64,000 nt of DNA from an uncultured Bacteroidia bacterium (GTDB taxonomy: Bacteria; Bacteroidota; Bacteroidia; NS11-12g; UBA955): contig CALSPH010000001.1 in NCBI GenBank assembly GCA_943788195.1, positions 59,673 through 123,672 of the forward strand, written 5' to 3'. Within the stretch, counting starts at the first letter, position 1. Each line of letters starts with the position of its first letter. A program made the translations under genes and the position numbers. Under the pieces are notes generated by a model. It was not told where the DNA came from and searched no databases. It was given only the letters and a program-made list of their open reading frames with translations. Positions 32,412 through 42,342 of this stretch are shown here, piece by piece.

Positions 32412-34253
32412 ATGTGCGGAATTGTCGCTTACATTGGCCAACAAGAGGCCTACCCAATTATCATCAACGGCCTGAAGAGGTTAGAATATAGAGGATATGA
32501 CAGTGCAGGAATTGCATTGATGAATAACGGGATGAAGGTATATAAAACCAAAGGGAAAGTATCTGACTTGGAAGCCGTTTGCGAAGGACAAGATATTGTC
32601 GCTAATCTGGGAATGGGTCATACACGCTGGGCAACACATGGCGAACCCAATGATAATAACGCGCATCCACACCTTTCTCAATCCGGCAATTTATCAGTAA
32701 TTCACAATGGGATTATTGAAAATTATGCCACCATTAAAGAAGCGCTGGTTAAACGTGGGCATTCCTTCAGCAGTGACACGGATACGGAAGTATTGGTTCA
32801 TTTAATAGAAGACATTCAAGAAAGCGAAAATGTTGCTATCGATGTTGCAGTGCGAATGGCTTTAAGTCAAGTAGTTGGGGCATATGCCATCGTCATATTG
32901 GTTCAAAATGAACCTACAAAAATGATCGGAGCACGTAAAGGCAGTCCTATGGTTGTTGGGATTGGCAAAGACAAAAAAGAATTCTTCATAGCAAGTGATG
33001 CCACCCCATTTTTAGAGTATACCCGCGATGTAATTTACCTTAATGATAATGAAGTGGTGGTATTAAAGGATGATGATTTTGAAATAACCACCATTGATAA
33101 CGTTAAGAAGACGCCTTTCATTGAAAAGTTAGAAATCAATTTAGAGCAAATAGAAAAAGGAGGGTATGAACATTTCATGCTCAAAGAAATCTACGAACAA
33201 CCTAAATCAATTTTTGATTCAATTCGTGGTAGAATGGATATTCCAAGTTCAACATTTCACATGCAAAGCATCCGGGAATATGAAAACAAGCTTAAGAATG
33301 TGAACCGCTTAATTATTATTGGTTGTGGCACAAGTTGGCATGCGGGCTTGGTGGGCGAATACCTTTTCGAAGAATTTGCACGTCTTCCAGTAGAAGTTGA
33401 ATATGCATCCGAGTTTAGATATCGCAATCCAGTTATATACCCGGAAGACTTGGTTCTTGCCATTTCTCAAAGTGGAGAAACTGCAGATACCTTGGCTGCG
33501 ATGGAACTTGCTAAGTCGAAAGGTGCAACTGTATTTGGCCTCTGCAATGTAGTGGGATCATCTATTCCACGTATGAGCGATGCAGGAGCATATACCCATG
33601 CTGGACCAGAAATTGGAGTAGCTTCTACTAAAGCTTTTACAGCCCAAGTATCGGTTCTTACACTGCTTGCATTAGCAGTAGCAGAACTAAGAGGAACCAT
33701 TACCAATGAGCGATTACAAATTTATTTAAGAGAGCTGGAAGCAGTGCCTAAATTGGTGGAAAAAGCACTTAAAGCGAATGATCATATTGTTAAAATTGCT
33801 GAAGAGTTTAAAGATGCACATAATTTCCTTTATTTAGGACGTGGTGTTAGCTTTCCAGTTGCCTTAGAAGGAGCGTTGAAATTAAAAGAAATTTCATACA
33901 TTCATGCAGAAGGTTATCCTGCAGCAGAGATGAAACATGGACCCATTGCCTTGATAGATGAGAATATGCCAGTAGTTGTTATAGCACCGAGAAAAGGAAT
34001 CTATGAAAAAGTGATTAGCAATATCCAAGAGGTTAAAGCGCGAAAAGGAAGAATTATTGCAATTGTCTCAGAAGGTGACACCAAGATCAAAGAAATAGCC
34101 GATTATGTCATAGAAATACCAGAAACAGAAGAAGCCCTGAGCCCTCTAATCTCAACCATACCCTTACAGTTATTGGCTTACCACATTGCTGTAATGCGCG
34201 GCTGCAATGTAGACCAACCAAGAAATTTGGCAAAATCAGTTACAGTGGAGTAA
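32412..34253 (+). CDS. glmS: glutamine-fructose-6-phosphate aminotransferase (isomerizing)
   Basis: An MCGIVAYIG N-terminal nucleophile, two SIS domains, and a length of 613 aa. Confidence 0.95.
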   Translation: MCGIVAYIGQQEAYPIIINGLKRLEYRGYDSAGIALMNNGMKVYKTKGKVSDLEAVCEGQDIVANLGMGHTRWATHGEPNDNNAHPHLSQSGNLSVIHNGIIENYATIKEALVKRGHSFSSDTDTEVLVHLIEDIQESENVAIDVAVRMALSQVVGAYAIVILVQNEPTKMIGARKGSPMVVGIGKDKKEFFIASDATPFLEYTRDVIYLNDNEVVVLKDDDFEITTIDNVKKTPFIEKLEINLEQIEKGGYEHFMLKEIYEQPKSIFDSIRGRMDIPSSTFHMQSIREYENKLKNVNRLIIIGCGTSWHAGLVGEYLFEEFARLPVEVEYASEFRYRNPVIYPEDLVLAISQSGETADTLAAMELAKSKGATVFGLCNVVGSSIPRMSDAGAYTHAGPEIGVASTKAFTAQVSVLTLLALAVAELRGTITNERLQIYLRELEAVPKLVEKALKANDHIVKIAEEFKDAHNFLYLGRGVSFPVALEGALKLKEISYIHAEGYPAAEMKHGPIALIDENMPVVVIAPRKGIYEKVISNIQEVKARKGRIIAIVSEGDTKIKEIADYVIEIPETEEALSPLISTIPLQLLAYHIAVMRGCNVDQPRNLAKSVTVE

Positions 34254-34318
34254 GGTTATGGGATAAGAAATGTAACTCCGGACTCATATTAGTATATTTC
34301 TCTGTATCAATAACTTCT

Positions 34319-34636
34319 ACAAAACTATGGGAATCCAATTATTCGGATTACCAACAGTATTTGTACGACAGAATTAAGGGTTTTATTGAGAATTCTGTAA
34401 CCCCTATTGGTTATCGTCGTATTTCAAAAATCTTCAATGATGAGGGGTTAAAAACACCTCGTGGTACTTCATTCACAAACTCCAAAGTACATTCTATGTA
34501 CAAAAAGGGGTTGATTCGGGAAGAAAGAATGAATCGTGAAGATATAGTTGAGGTATCTCCTGTTACTATTGAATTGATAATACACCCAATTTTAGGTAGG
34601 ATACGTCGTAGTCCCTATGAGAAGAGATTTACCTAA
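34319..34636 (+). pseudogene. remnant of a large serine recombinase/resolvase (internal 'recombinase' domain fragment only)
   Basis: YQQYLYDRIKGFIENSVTPIGYRRISKIFNDEGLKTPRGTSFTNSKVHSMYKKGL matches the ...IA.xLNexGixTPRG..W..stV..IL segment of serine recombinases. There is no catalytic N-terminal domain, and the open frame begins inside the glmS 3' end. Confidence 0.5.
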
Positions 34637-35312
34637 AAACTCTAACCACCTTCAACCACTTCAATACTCGTTTGAACATCTCTCAGAAAATAAATTGAGA
34701 AATACTGTGATATTTTAGTCGTTTAATGTTTCAGAACCATATTTATAGATAACCTAAGTGTTCCAATCATAGGGTTCAAACACTTTTACCCCTTTATCCA
34801 ACAACTCACATCGGGGAGGGAAAGGATTAGGGAGAAGTCGGTTAGTAATCTGTAGGATTGAAATAATATCCGAACATAACGGATGAGGTTTCACCGATAG
34901 GGTTAAAAATGGTTATGGTATAAGATAGATATGGGGGATTCAAACTGACTGGTCTAATCGAAATCTATAACTGAAGAATGAGTTCATTCATTAACAGATA
35001 CTCAAATCTGTAAGGGGTTTGGTGTATCTAATTGATAACAGGTTATTAAATAATAACTGGAATGTTGAGGATTCACACTACGTATGAATCACTCAACGAT
35101 GAGATGATTCTGATGAAATCAGAACCACTCATCATAGGATGTTTAAATACTGAAAGATAAAGGAGTTAATATGAAACAAACACAAGAACAATTACATAAT
35201 GAACTAATGGATAAACTTAGTGAGTTGTATACCGTCAGCAAAAAGTGCACTAATTAGGTTAATTATTTAATATAGAGGTTTTAATAAATTTATAACCTTA
35301 AAAGAAATCTAA

Positions 35313-35660
35313 ATGACGAACAAAAAAAGCACAAGTTCATTAATCAGTGACTTAAAACGAAAGACAAGAAAGAAGTATTCATCAGAAGAAAAGATCCGCA
35401 TTATTATCCAAGGCATTCGGGGAGAGGACTCCATAGCGGAGTTATGCAGAAAAGAAGGCATAAGCCAGACCAACTATTACAAATGGAGTAAGGACTTCAT
35501 GGAAGCAGGAAAACGCAGATTAGCAGGCGATACAATGCGTGAGGCTAATACTTCTGAAGTTCAAGAGCTCAAAGGAGAGAACCATTGCTTGAAGGAGCTT
35601 GTAGCTGAACTCTCCTTAGAGGTGAGAACTTTGAAAAAAAACGTAAATGGAGACGACTAG
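35313..35660 (+). CDS. IS3-family transposase OrfA (HTH/leucine-zipper DNA-binding part)
   Basis: 115 aa and basic, with an HTH (IAELCRKEGISQTNYYKWSKDF) and a coiled-coil tail. Confidence 0.8.
   Translation: MTNKKSTSSLISDLKRKTRKKYSSEEKIRIIIQGIRGEDSIAELCRKEGISQTNYYKWSKDFMEAGKRRLAGDTMREANTSEVQELKGENHCLKELVAELSLEVRTLKKNVNGDD
35636..35642 (+). promoter_or_regulatory. programmed -1 ribosomal frameshift heptamer A_AAA_AAC at the orfA/orfB overlap
   Basis: The heptamer is correctly phased X_XXY_YYZ in the orfA frame. orfB (35675-36649) lies in the -1 frame. Translation after the slip reads ...KKRKWRRLVKKKYMHYSQ into OrfB. Confidence 0.6.
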
Positions 35661-35674
35661 TAAAGAAGAAGTAT

Positions 35675-36649
35675 ATGCATTACAGTCAGCAAGAAAAATA
35701 CGAGTTGATTCAACTTGTAGAACAATCCGATTTAGGGGTTATCCGAACCTTAAGGGAACTCAAAATTAATAAAACTACCTTCTACAACTGGTACAGCGCT
35801 TACAGCAAACAGGGCTATGAAGGTCTTGCGCGCAAGCCCAGTAAAAGACAAGGTTCATGGAACAGGATTAATGAATTAGACCGTGATAAGGTAGTTGAGA
35901 TAGCCTTAGAGAAGCCAGAACTGTCTCCTAGAGAAGTCGCTTGGTACATTACTGATACCTATAGCTATTATATCAGTGAGTCGAGTGTATATCGTATCCT
36001 AAAAAGCAATGGACTTATCTCCGTTCCATCTTTTAGAATAATGAGTGCCTCAGACAGTTTTCATGATAAAACAACACAGGTCAATCAAATGTGGCAGACT
36101 GACTTCACTTACTTCAAAATCTATGGTTGGGGGTGGTATTACCTCTCAACAGTACTGGACGATTACTCTAGGTTTATTGTTAACTGGAAGTTGTGCTCAA
36201 CCATGAAGGCAGAAGATGTTAAGAATACCTTGGATGAGGCAATATTGGCTACCGAAGTACCTGAGAGTAACAGACCTAGGCTTTTATCAGATAACGGATC
36301 TTGTTATATATCCCATGAGCTTGCAGCGTACCTTCAAGTAAAAAAGATGAAACATGTTAGAGGTAGACCCTTGCATCCTCAGACCCAAGGCAAAATAGAG
36401 CGTTATCACAGATCCATGAAAAATGTGGTAAAACTAGACAACTATTTTAGTCCTGAACAACTGGAAAGAAAACTAAAAGAGTTTGTGGAGTATTACAACT
36501 ATAAACGATACCATGAATCCTTACAAAACCTAACGCCTGCTGAGGTCTATTATGGAAAAGGGCAACTCAAACTCAAACAAAGAAATCAAACCAAAATCAA
36601 AACATTAAAAGCTAGAAAAAAACAGTATCATAAATTTAACCTAAATTAG
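35675..36649 (+). CDS. IS3-family transposase OrfB (DDE/RNase-H-like integrase catalytic domain)
   Basis: WQTDFTYF...LSDNGSCYIS...YHESLQNLTPAEVY shows D, D(35)E spacing and the conserved K/R typical of the rve integrase core. Confidence 0.85.
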   Translation: MHYSQQEKYELIQLVEQSDLGVIRTLRELKINKTTFYNWYSAYSKQGYEGLARKPSKRQGSWNRINELDRDKVVEIALEKPELSPREVAWYITDTYSYYISESSVYRILKSNGLISVPSFRIMSASDSFHDKTTQVNQMWQTDFTYFKIYGWGWYYLSTVLDDYSRFIVNWKLCSTMKAEDVKNTLDEAILATEVPESNRPRLLSDNGSCYISHELAAYLQVKKMKHVRGRPLHPQTQGKIERYHRSMKNVVKLDNYFSPEQLERKLKEFVEYYNYKRYHESLQNLTPAEVYYGKGQLKLKQRNQTKIKTLKARKKQYHKFNLN

Positions 36650-36768
36650 CACCAACTCTATCTTACGTTTTTAACTCAAAAGTGCAAATTTCGCTGAAGA
36701 CATACACAGAACCCGAGTTTGAGTTTATAAGTAGAAATTATATATTTACAAAGTTAATTCGAACAAAA

Positions 36769-37246
36769 ATGAAAAACTTAATAATTTTTTCTTTATTCGT
36801 CCTATCAAGTTGTGGCAATAAAATAGATAACAATCAGGCTCAATCGACTGAAGTAAAAAAACTATAGTCAACCACTATTACAGAATGAATACTTAGGAAA
36901 CTATCACGGAATTCAGCCAAGTTACATTATGAAAAATCAATATGGTGACGACATGATAATTGGCGGTCAAAAGGTTTCAGTTCCTTCCATTGATTTTAAG
37001 TTTCTACTAAAAGAGGATGGCATTGCTGGTTTGCAACAAACAAACCTTGATGATATTAGCAGAGTTTATTATAATGGCACTCTAAAAATACTTAATGAAG
37101 ATGTCAATTCAGTATCTGTGGAATGCTCGCTAAGCGATGGTGAATATTCTAAACCTAAATACACTTTAAAAATAAATAAATCAGATAAAACTGCTGTTTG
37201 CAAGGGAGCAAATGAACCTGAATTCAGCATAAAGAAACAACACTAA
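36769..37246 (+). pseudogene. small lipoprotein split by a frameshift inside an A7 homopolymer (36854-36860)
   Basis: The signal and lipobox MKNLIIFSLFVLSSCG ends at a stop at 36865-36867. The ORF 36929-37246 stays open upstream to 36857 in another frame. Removing one A joins them into a single ~159-aa lipoprotein. Confidence 0.45.
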
Positions 37247-37261
37247 AAACTGACGCAAATA

Positions 37262-38633
37262 ATGAAAAAAGTAATATCAAATATAAGTTTCATAATAATT
37301 GTTATAATTTTAGGTGCAACATTAAATGGTTGTAATAATCGAGAGACTAATCATCCTTTTAAATCAAAGGAAAATAAAGACCTTTTAAATCTCCCCAGCA
37401 TCACCTCAGAGCATCCCCTTTTTCAGCTTAGGATTGACTCTCTTATAAATATTAAAAGTGACACGGGTGTAATAAGCTTTAAATCCGAACTTAACTTTTT
37501 CCAAAGTGGATTCCCTCTCTACTCTCTTGACACAACAAATACACTTGAAGGGCTTTCGCGTATATACGTTTATGAGGATAACAGACTTGACTCTATAATC
37601 ATTCATCACAAATCTGGTAAAGTATTTGAAAACGTACTATATGCTTCTCAAAAATTAATAGTTACAACAGTTGGCAGTCCTCAGGGGTATGTTTTTGAAC
37701 CAGAAACCGAAGAGTATTCTTATATTCATTCTGTAGAATTTTGCTTACAACACATTGATAAAAATCTCAATTTGTCAACGGAAATATTTATCACAGATAA
37801 ATATTTTGATGGTGACAGACAAAATCCTTATTCTAACAAAGATTATTTATTTAATAACCTACCTGAATTCAATGATTTAGAGCAATTAACAAATATTGAT
37901 AATTCTAAAATTATTGATTATGCAGCAAATCATGGGGGGGGAATATTTCTATGATAGAGAATCTAATTCATATAAAAAACAACCATATAATATCAGAAAT
38001 CTTGTGCTCGAAAAAGCTACAGACAGTGTTCTCGTATTTAGAACATTAGATTATAATTACCTGACGGGGGAAGATTTCAGGAAAAGAAAAAACATATCGA
38101 TGGAATTTGCATGGAATGCATCTGCACCTGCTTGGATTGAGAGGTTCCCAGAAGATATAAGTACTACAGATATTATATTAGAATATCCTCAAGGGGCCAG
38201 CAATATGGAAGCTTACGAAAATCAACATATAAAAAAAACTGAAACTGAAATAGATTTAACAGTAGATGTAAAAGTTTATCAATCAAGTATTATAGATAGA
38301 TATAAATCTTGGATTAGTTGGAAAGAAAGAGAAAGAGAAAGAGAAAAAAGACGACAAGAAATAAACGATAATAGTAATAACTCAAATAAGTCTTCAACGA
38401 GTAACAACATAGATGGACGGTATTCTTATGAAGACCAGACTTCTACATATAGATTAACAGTTTCAAATGGAAGATGGAGTTACAGTACAGCTATAAAAAT
38501 ATCTGGAGTCGCTCAAACAGATTATTCTTCAGGAACAGAACGAAATGGAGTGTTATACAAGGGAGGAGCAAGTGTAGGAAACGTAAATGGAAATTGCGCT
38601 CAAGTAGGAAGTAGTCCACAGATGTGTAAGTAA
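37262..38633 (+). pseudogene. lipoprotein of ~457 aa split into 230-aa and 245-aa ORFs at a G8 homopolymer (37934-37941)
   Basis: The N-terminal part carries signal and lipobox LGATLNGC. The frames switch exactly at the poly-G run. The C-terminal part contains a KEREREREKRRQE tract encoded by (GAAAGA)n and an Asn/Ser-rich region. Confidence 0.45.
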
Positions 38634-38836
38634 AAAAAACATATCCCCAAGAAGGCATTAGAATTACTCTTAAAACTATCTGAATTTGCTTTACCTAAGC
38701 TCAGAGCTATAGAGGTTAATAATGAGTCAGAGGAGGCTAAGCATACCTCATTAGATATTAATATAATTGATACTGGGGTGCCTTTTGCGAGTTGTGAGGC
38801 GGATGTGGTTGATTAACCTTCCATTTATTAGCATCT

Positions 38837-39920
38837 TTATATTTTAAGCACCCTAAAGTGCTGTTTAAATTCATCTCCGATGCTGATGAAATACATTCCA
38901 TCTGGCAGACCTTTTAGATTTATTTCTGTGTCTTCTCCTTCAATCACATCAGACAATACTTCTACTCCTGCGCTAGTGTATATTGTAATGTTTTGTCGTA
39001 TTAAGTTAGTTGATGCTTTAATACGTATTCTACTTGTAGTAGGATTGGGATAAATCGTAAACTCAATATTAGGATACTTATAAATACTGGCACTATTACT
39101 TGTATCCACCAATGTCGGCATCCAAGTCAAGCCAATACTATCACCCCACAGATATTCAGCTAATTCAGGATGGTCAATAAAAGGATTGCGGTTGTGCTGG
39201 TAAAAGCTATCGATGATGTTATTCCTATTACGTTCCCAGTTGCTAACTGTATCAATCCTATTCCAATGAAGGAGAGTGATTTAAGCGAGCTTGTAAGGGA
39301 CTTTGGTCAGCATTATTAAGTAATGTATTAGTCAACTCTAAATCAGGCTCAGAGCCTTCTCCTTCGTATCTGACAGCCATATAAAATATCATTCTAGCTA
39401 CATCTCCTTTGACTGCGTCAGGTGGTTCAAATGTCCATAAATCAGCATCACGTTTAGACCCTGTATTAAAGCCATTATCTATTACATCTACACAAGTAAT
39501 GCAAGTGTCAAAATTTCTATTATTCCTTGTGGAGTTGACACTAACATCGCAAGGTCTTAGGTGATGTACATCTGTTCCTGCACCATTGCTTGTACCAAAG
39601 TCTCCTCTAGATTTTGCCCAAACGTGTTCCCGACTCCAGCCAGCAGCACTGTTGTATTCTTGTGCAGCATCTACACTTCTCCCTGAATATAGTAGGATTA
39701 CATTATTTGCATTTGCTGTATCTCTATCCGTATGCTTTAGTATGTCCCACACATCTGTCGATGATGAGGTATAAGGGAACTCTGTATGATTTTTGATTAT
39801 TTGGTTCAGTTCATACTTCAATGAATCATCAGACTTTTTATGAGCAGATAGATAGTAAGTACTGTCCTGTGCAGAAAGCAGGTTTGAGATAAGGAGTAAA
39901 GCGAATACAATAAATTTCAA
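38837..39920 (-). pseudogene. secreted endonuclease I-family DNase with a T9SS type-A C-terminal sorting domain, disrupted by a frameshift near 39283-39310
   Basis: The upstream ORF (39258-39920) has a signal peptide and EndA/NucM motifs (EHVWAKSRG, DVHHLRPCDVSVNSTRNNRNFD, MIFYMAVRYEG). The domain continues in another frame (TLLHWNRIDTVSNWERNRNNIIDSFYQHNRNPFIDHPELAEYLWG) and runs into a Por_Secre_tail CTD that ends VLKI. Confidence 0.65.
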
Positions 39921-40015
39921 GATGTAAATATATTATTAAATCTATTCTATTACCAATTGACTAGCTGACTAAACGAATTTAAACCCTAAAAGATTACACT
40001 AATATCCAAAGATGG

Positions 40016-40540
40016 GTGTTTAAATTTTCACCATTTGTGGAATCAAACATGAACAAACGGAAGAATGTAGTTGGTAATAGTTGGAGAATGGACGAGACCT
40101 ACATCAAGGTAGCAGGTAAGGACAGATACTTATATCGAGCTGTAGATAAGCAAGGAAATACGGTTGACTTCCTGCTAACTAAACGGAGAATGAAGGGGTC
40201 AGCACAGAAGTTTCTGAACAAAGCCATAGGCAACAATGGAAAACCAAGACTGATCAATATTGATAAAAGTGGAGCAAATACACAGGCCATACGTATTGTG
40301 AATCAATATAGCTTGACCTTCAAGAAAATCAGAATCAGGCGAGTTAAGTATTTAAACAATATTGTTGAGCAAGACCATCGGACGATTAAACGACGGATAG
40401 CAATAACTACAGGATTCAAGGAGTTCGAATCCGCTCAAAGAACACTAGCAGGAATAGAAATCATAAACATCATTAGAAAGAATCAAATAGTAAATCCGAG
40501 GAGAAGTTGGTTTGCAACCTTTAAGTCTTTGGCTGCTTAA
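40016..40540 (+). pseudogene. IS6-family (IS26-like) transposase remnant; the N-terminal ~60 aa are missing
   Basis: WRMDETYIKVAGKDRYLYRAVDKQGNTVDFLLTKRR...INIDKSGANTQA...EQDHRTIKRR aligns with the IS6/IS26 Tnp DDE core. No IS6 inverted repeats were identified. Confidence 0.65.
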
Positions 40541-40947
40541 TGAAATGATAAATCAGCTACTTTTGGAAACCAATGGGATTAATGCGACAGAACCAAAAAA
40601 CTTTCCTTTGTGTGAAATTAAAATCCATTGCAGACAAGTATCAAACAAAGTTAACTAGACCAGCTTTTTTTAATAAAGACTTTAACTTAAAGTGGTGATG
40701 CGCCAAGTTCCTCGAAATCTTCACGTTTAATCGAATTGATAATGGATAAATCATTTACTTTTAGTAAAACTGACCTAACTCCATTGCCGTTTTTATTGTT
40801 GATGGTAAAATACAATTTGAGTTTAGATTTGGTTTGTTTGATTTTCTCTGGAGGTAATTTTGTATACCGTCAGCAAAAAGTGCACTAATTAGGTTAATTA
40901 TTTAATATAGAGGTTTTAATAAATTTATAACCTTAAAAGAAATCTAA

Positions 40948-41295
40948 ATGACGAACAAAAAAAGCACAAGTTCATTAATCAGTGACTTAAAACGAAAGAC
41001 AAGAAAGAAGTATTCATCAGAAGAAAAGATCCGCATTATTATCCAAGGCATTCGGGGAGAGGACTCCATAGCGGAGTTATGCAGAAAAGAAGGCATAAGC
41101 CAGACCAACTATTACAAATGGAGTAAGGACTTCATGGAAGCAGGAAAACGCAGATTAGCAGGCGATACAATGCGTGAGGCTAATACTTCTGAAGTTCAAG
41201 AGCTCAAAGGAGAGAACCATTGCTTGAAGGAGCTTGTAGCTGAACTCTCCTTAGAGGTGAGAACTTTGAAAAAAAACGTAAATGGAGACGACTAG
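40948..41295 (+). CDS. IS3-family transposase OrfA (copy 2)
   Basis: Identical to the 35313-35660 protein. Confidence 0.8.
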   Translation: MTNKKSTSSLISDLKRKTRKKYSSEEKIRIIIQGIRGEDSIAELCRKEGISQTNYYKWSKDFMEAGKRRLAGDTMREANTSEVQELKGENHCLKELVAELSLEVRTLKKNVNGDD

Positions 41296-41309
41296 TAAAG
41301 AAGAAGTAT

Positions 41310-42284
41310 ATGCATTACAGTCAGCAAGAAAAATACGAGTTGATTCAACTTGTAGAACAATCCGATTTAGGGGTTATCCGAACCTTAAGGGAACTCAAAA
41401 TTAATAAAACTACCTTCTACAACTGGTACAGCGCTTACAGCAAACAGGGCTATGAAGGTCTTGCGCGCAAGCCCAGTAAAAGACAAGGTTCATGGAACAG
41501 GATTAATGAATTAGACCGTGATAAGGTAGTTGAGATAGCCTTAGAGAAGCCAGAACTGTCTCCTAGAGAAGTCGCTTGGTACATTACTGATACCTATAGC
41601 TATTATATCAGTGAGTCGAGTGTATATCGTATCCTAAAAAGCAATGGACTTATCTCCGTTCCATCTTTTAGAATAATGAGTGCCTCAGACAGTTTTCATG
41701 ATAAAACAACACAGGTCAATCAAATGTGGCAGACTGACTTCACTTACTTCAAAATCTATGGTTGGGGGTGGTATTACCTCTCAACAGTACTGGACGATTA
41801 CTCTAGGTTTATTGTTAACTGGAAGTTGTGCTCAACCATGAAGGCAGAAGATGTTAAGAATACCTTGGATGAGGCAATATTGGCTACCGAAGTACCTGAG
41901 AGTAACAGACCTAGGCTTTTATCAGATAACGGATCTTGTTATATATCCCATGAGCTTGCAGCGTACCTTCAAGTAAAAAAGATGAAACATGTTAGAGGTA
42001 GACCCTTGCATCCTCAGACCCAAGGCAAAATAGAGCGTTATCACAGATCCATGAAAAATGTGGTAAAACTAGACAACTATTTTAGTCCTGAACAACTGGA
42101 AAGAAAACTAAAAGAGTTTGTGGAGTATTACAACTATAAACGATACCATGAATCCTTACAAAACCTAACGCCTGCTGAGGTCTATTATGGAAAAGGGCAA
42201 CTCAAACTCAAACAAAGAAATCAAACCAAAATCAAAACATTAAAAGCTAGAAAAAAACAGTATCATAAATTTAACCTAAATTAG
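41310..42284 (+). CDS. IS3-family transposase OrfB (copy 2)
   Basis: Identical to the 35675-36649 protein. Confidence 0.85.
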   Translation: MHYSQQEKYELIQLVEQSDLGVIRTLRELKINKTTFYNWYSAYSKQGYEGLARKPSKRQGSWNRINELDRDKVVEIALEKPELSPREVAWYITDTYSYYISESSVYRILKSNGLISVPSFRIMSASDSFHDKTTQVNQMWQTDFTYFKIYGWGWYYLSTVLDDYSRFIVNWKLCSTMKAEDVKNTLDEAILATEVPESNRPRLLSDNGSCYISHELAAYLQVKKMKHVRGRPLHPQTQGKIERYHRSMKNVVKLDNYFSPEQLERKLKEFVEYYNYKRYHESLQNLTPAEVYYGKGQLKLKQRNQTKIKTLKARKKQYHKFNLN

Positions 42285-42342
42285 CACCAACTCTATCTTA
42301 CGTTTTTAACTCAAAAGTGCAAATTTCGCTGAAGACATACAC

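Larger units (their letters stand above)
35226..36707 (+). mobile_element. IS3-family insertion sequence, copy 1 (1482 bp), with imperfect ~26-bp terminal inverted repeats TGTATACCGTCAGC.../...GCTGAAGACATACA
   Basis: The ends were defined by aligning with the identical copy at 40861-42342. The overlapping orfA/orfB arrangement, a -1 frameshift window and TG...CA termini are all hallmarks of IS3. Confidence 0.85.
40861..42342 (+). mobile_element. IS3-family insertion sequence, copy 2. It is 100% identical to copy 1 and in the same orientation.
   Basis: A 1482-bp exact repeat offset by 5635 bp, confirmed by comparing end sequences and the ORF coordinates. Confidence 0.85.

Noticed and set aside
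36682-36768. 5' part of ORF 36682-36867, which starts inside the IS3 right end
   Set aside because: The credible start is the internal Met of the lipoprotein signal (36769). The upstream part is a chance open frame across the IS terminus.
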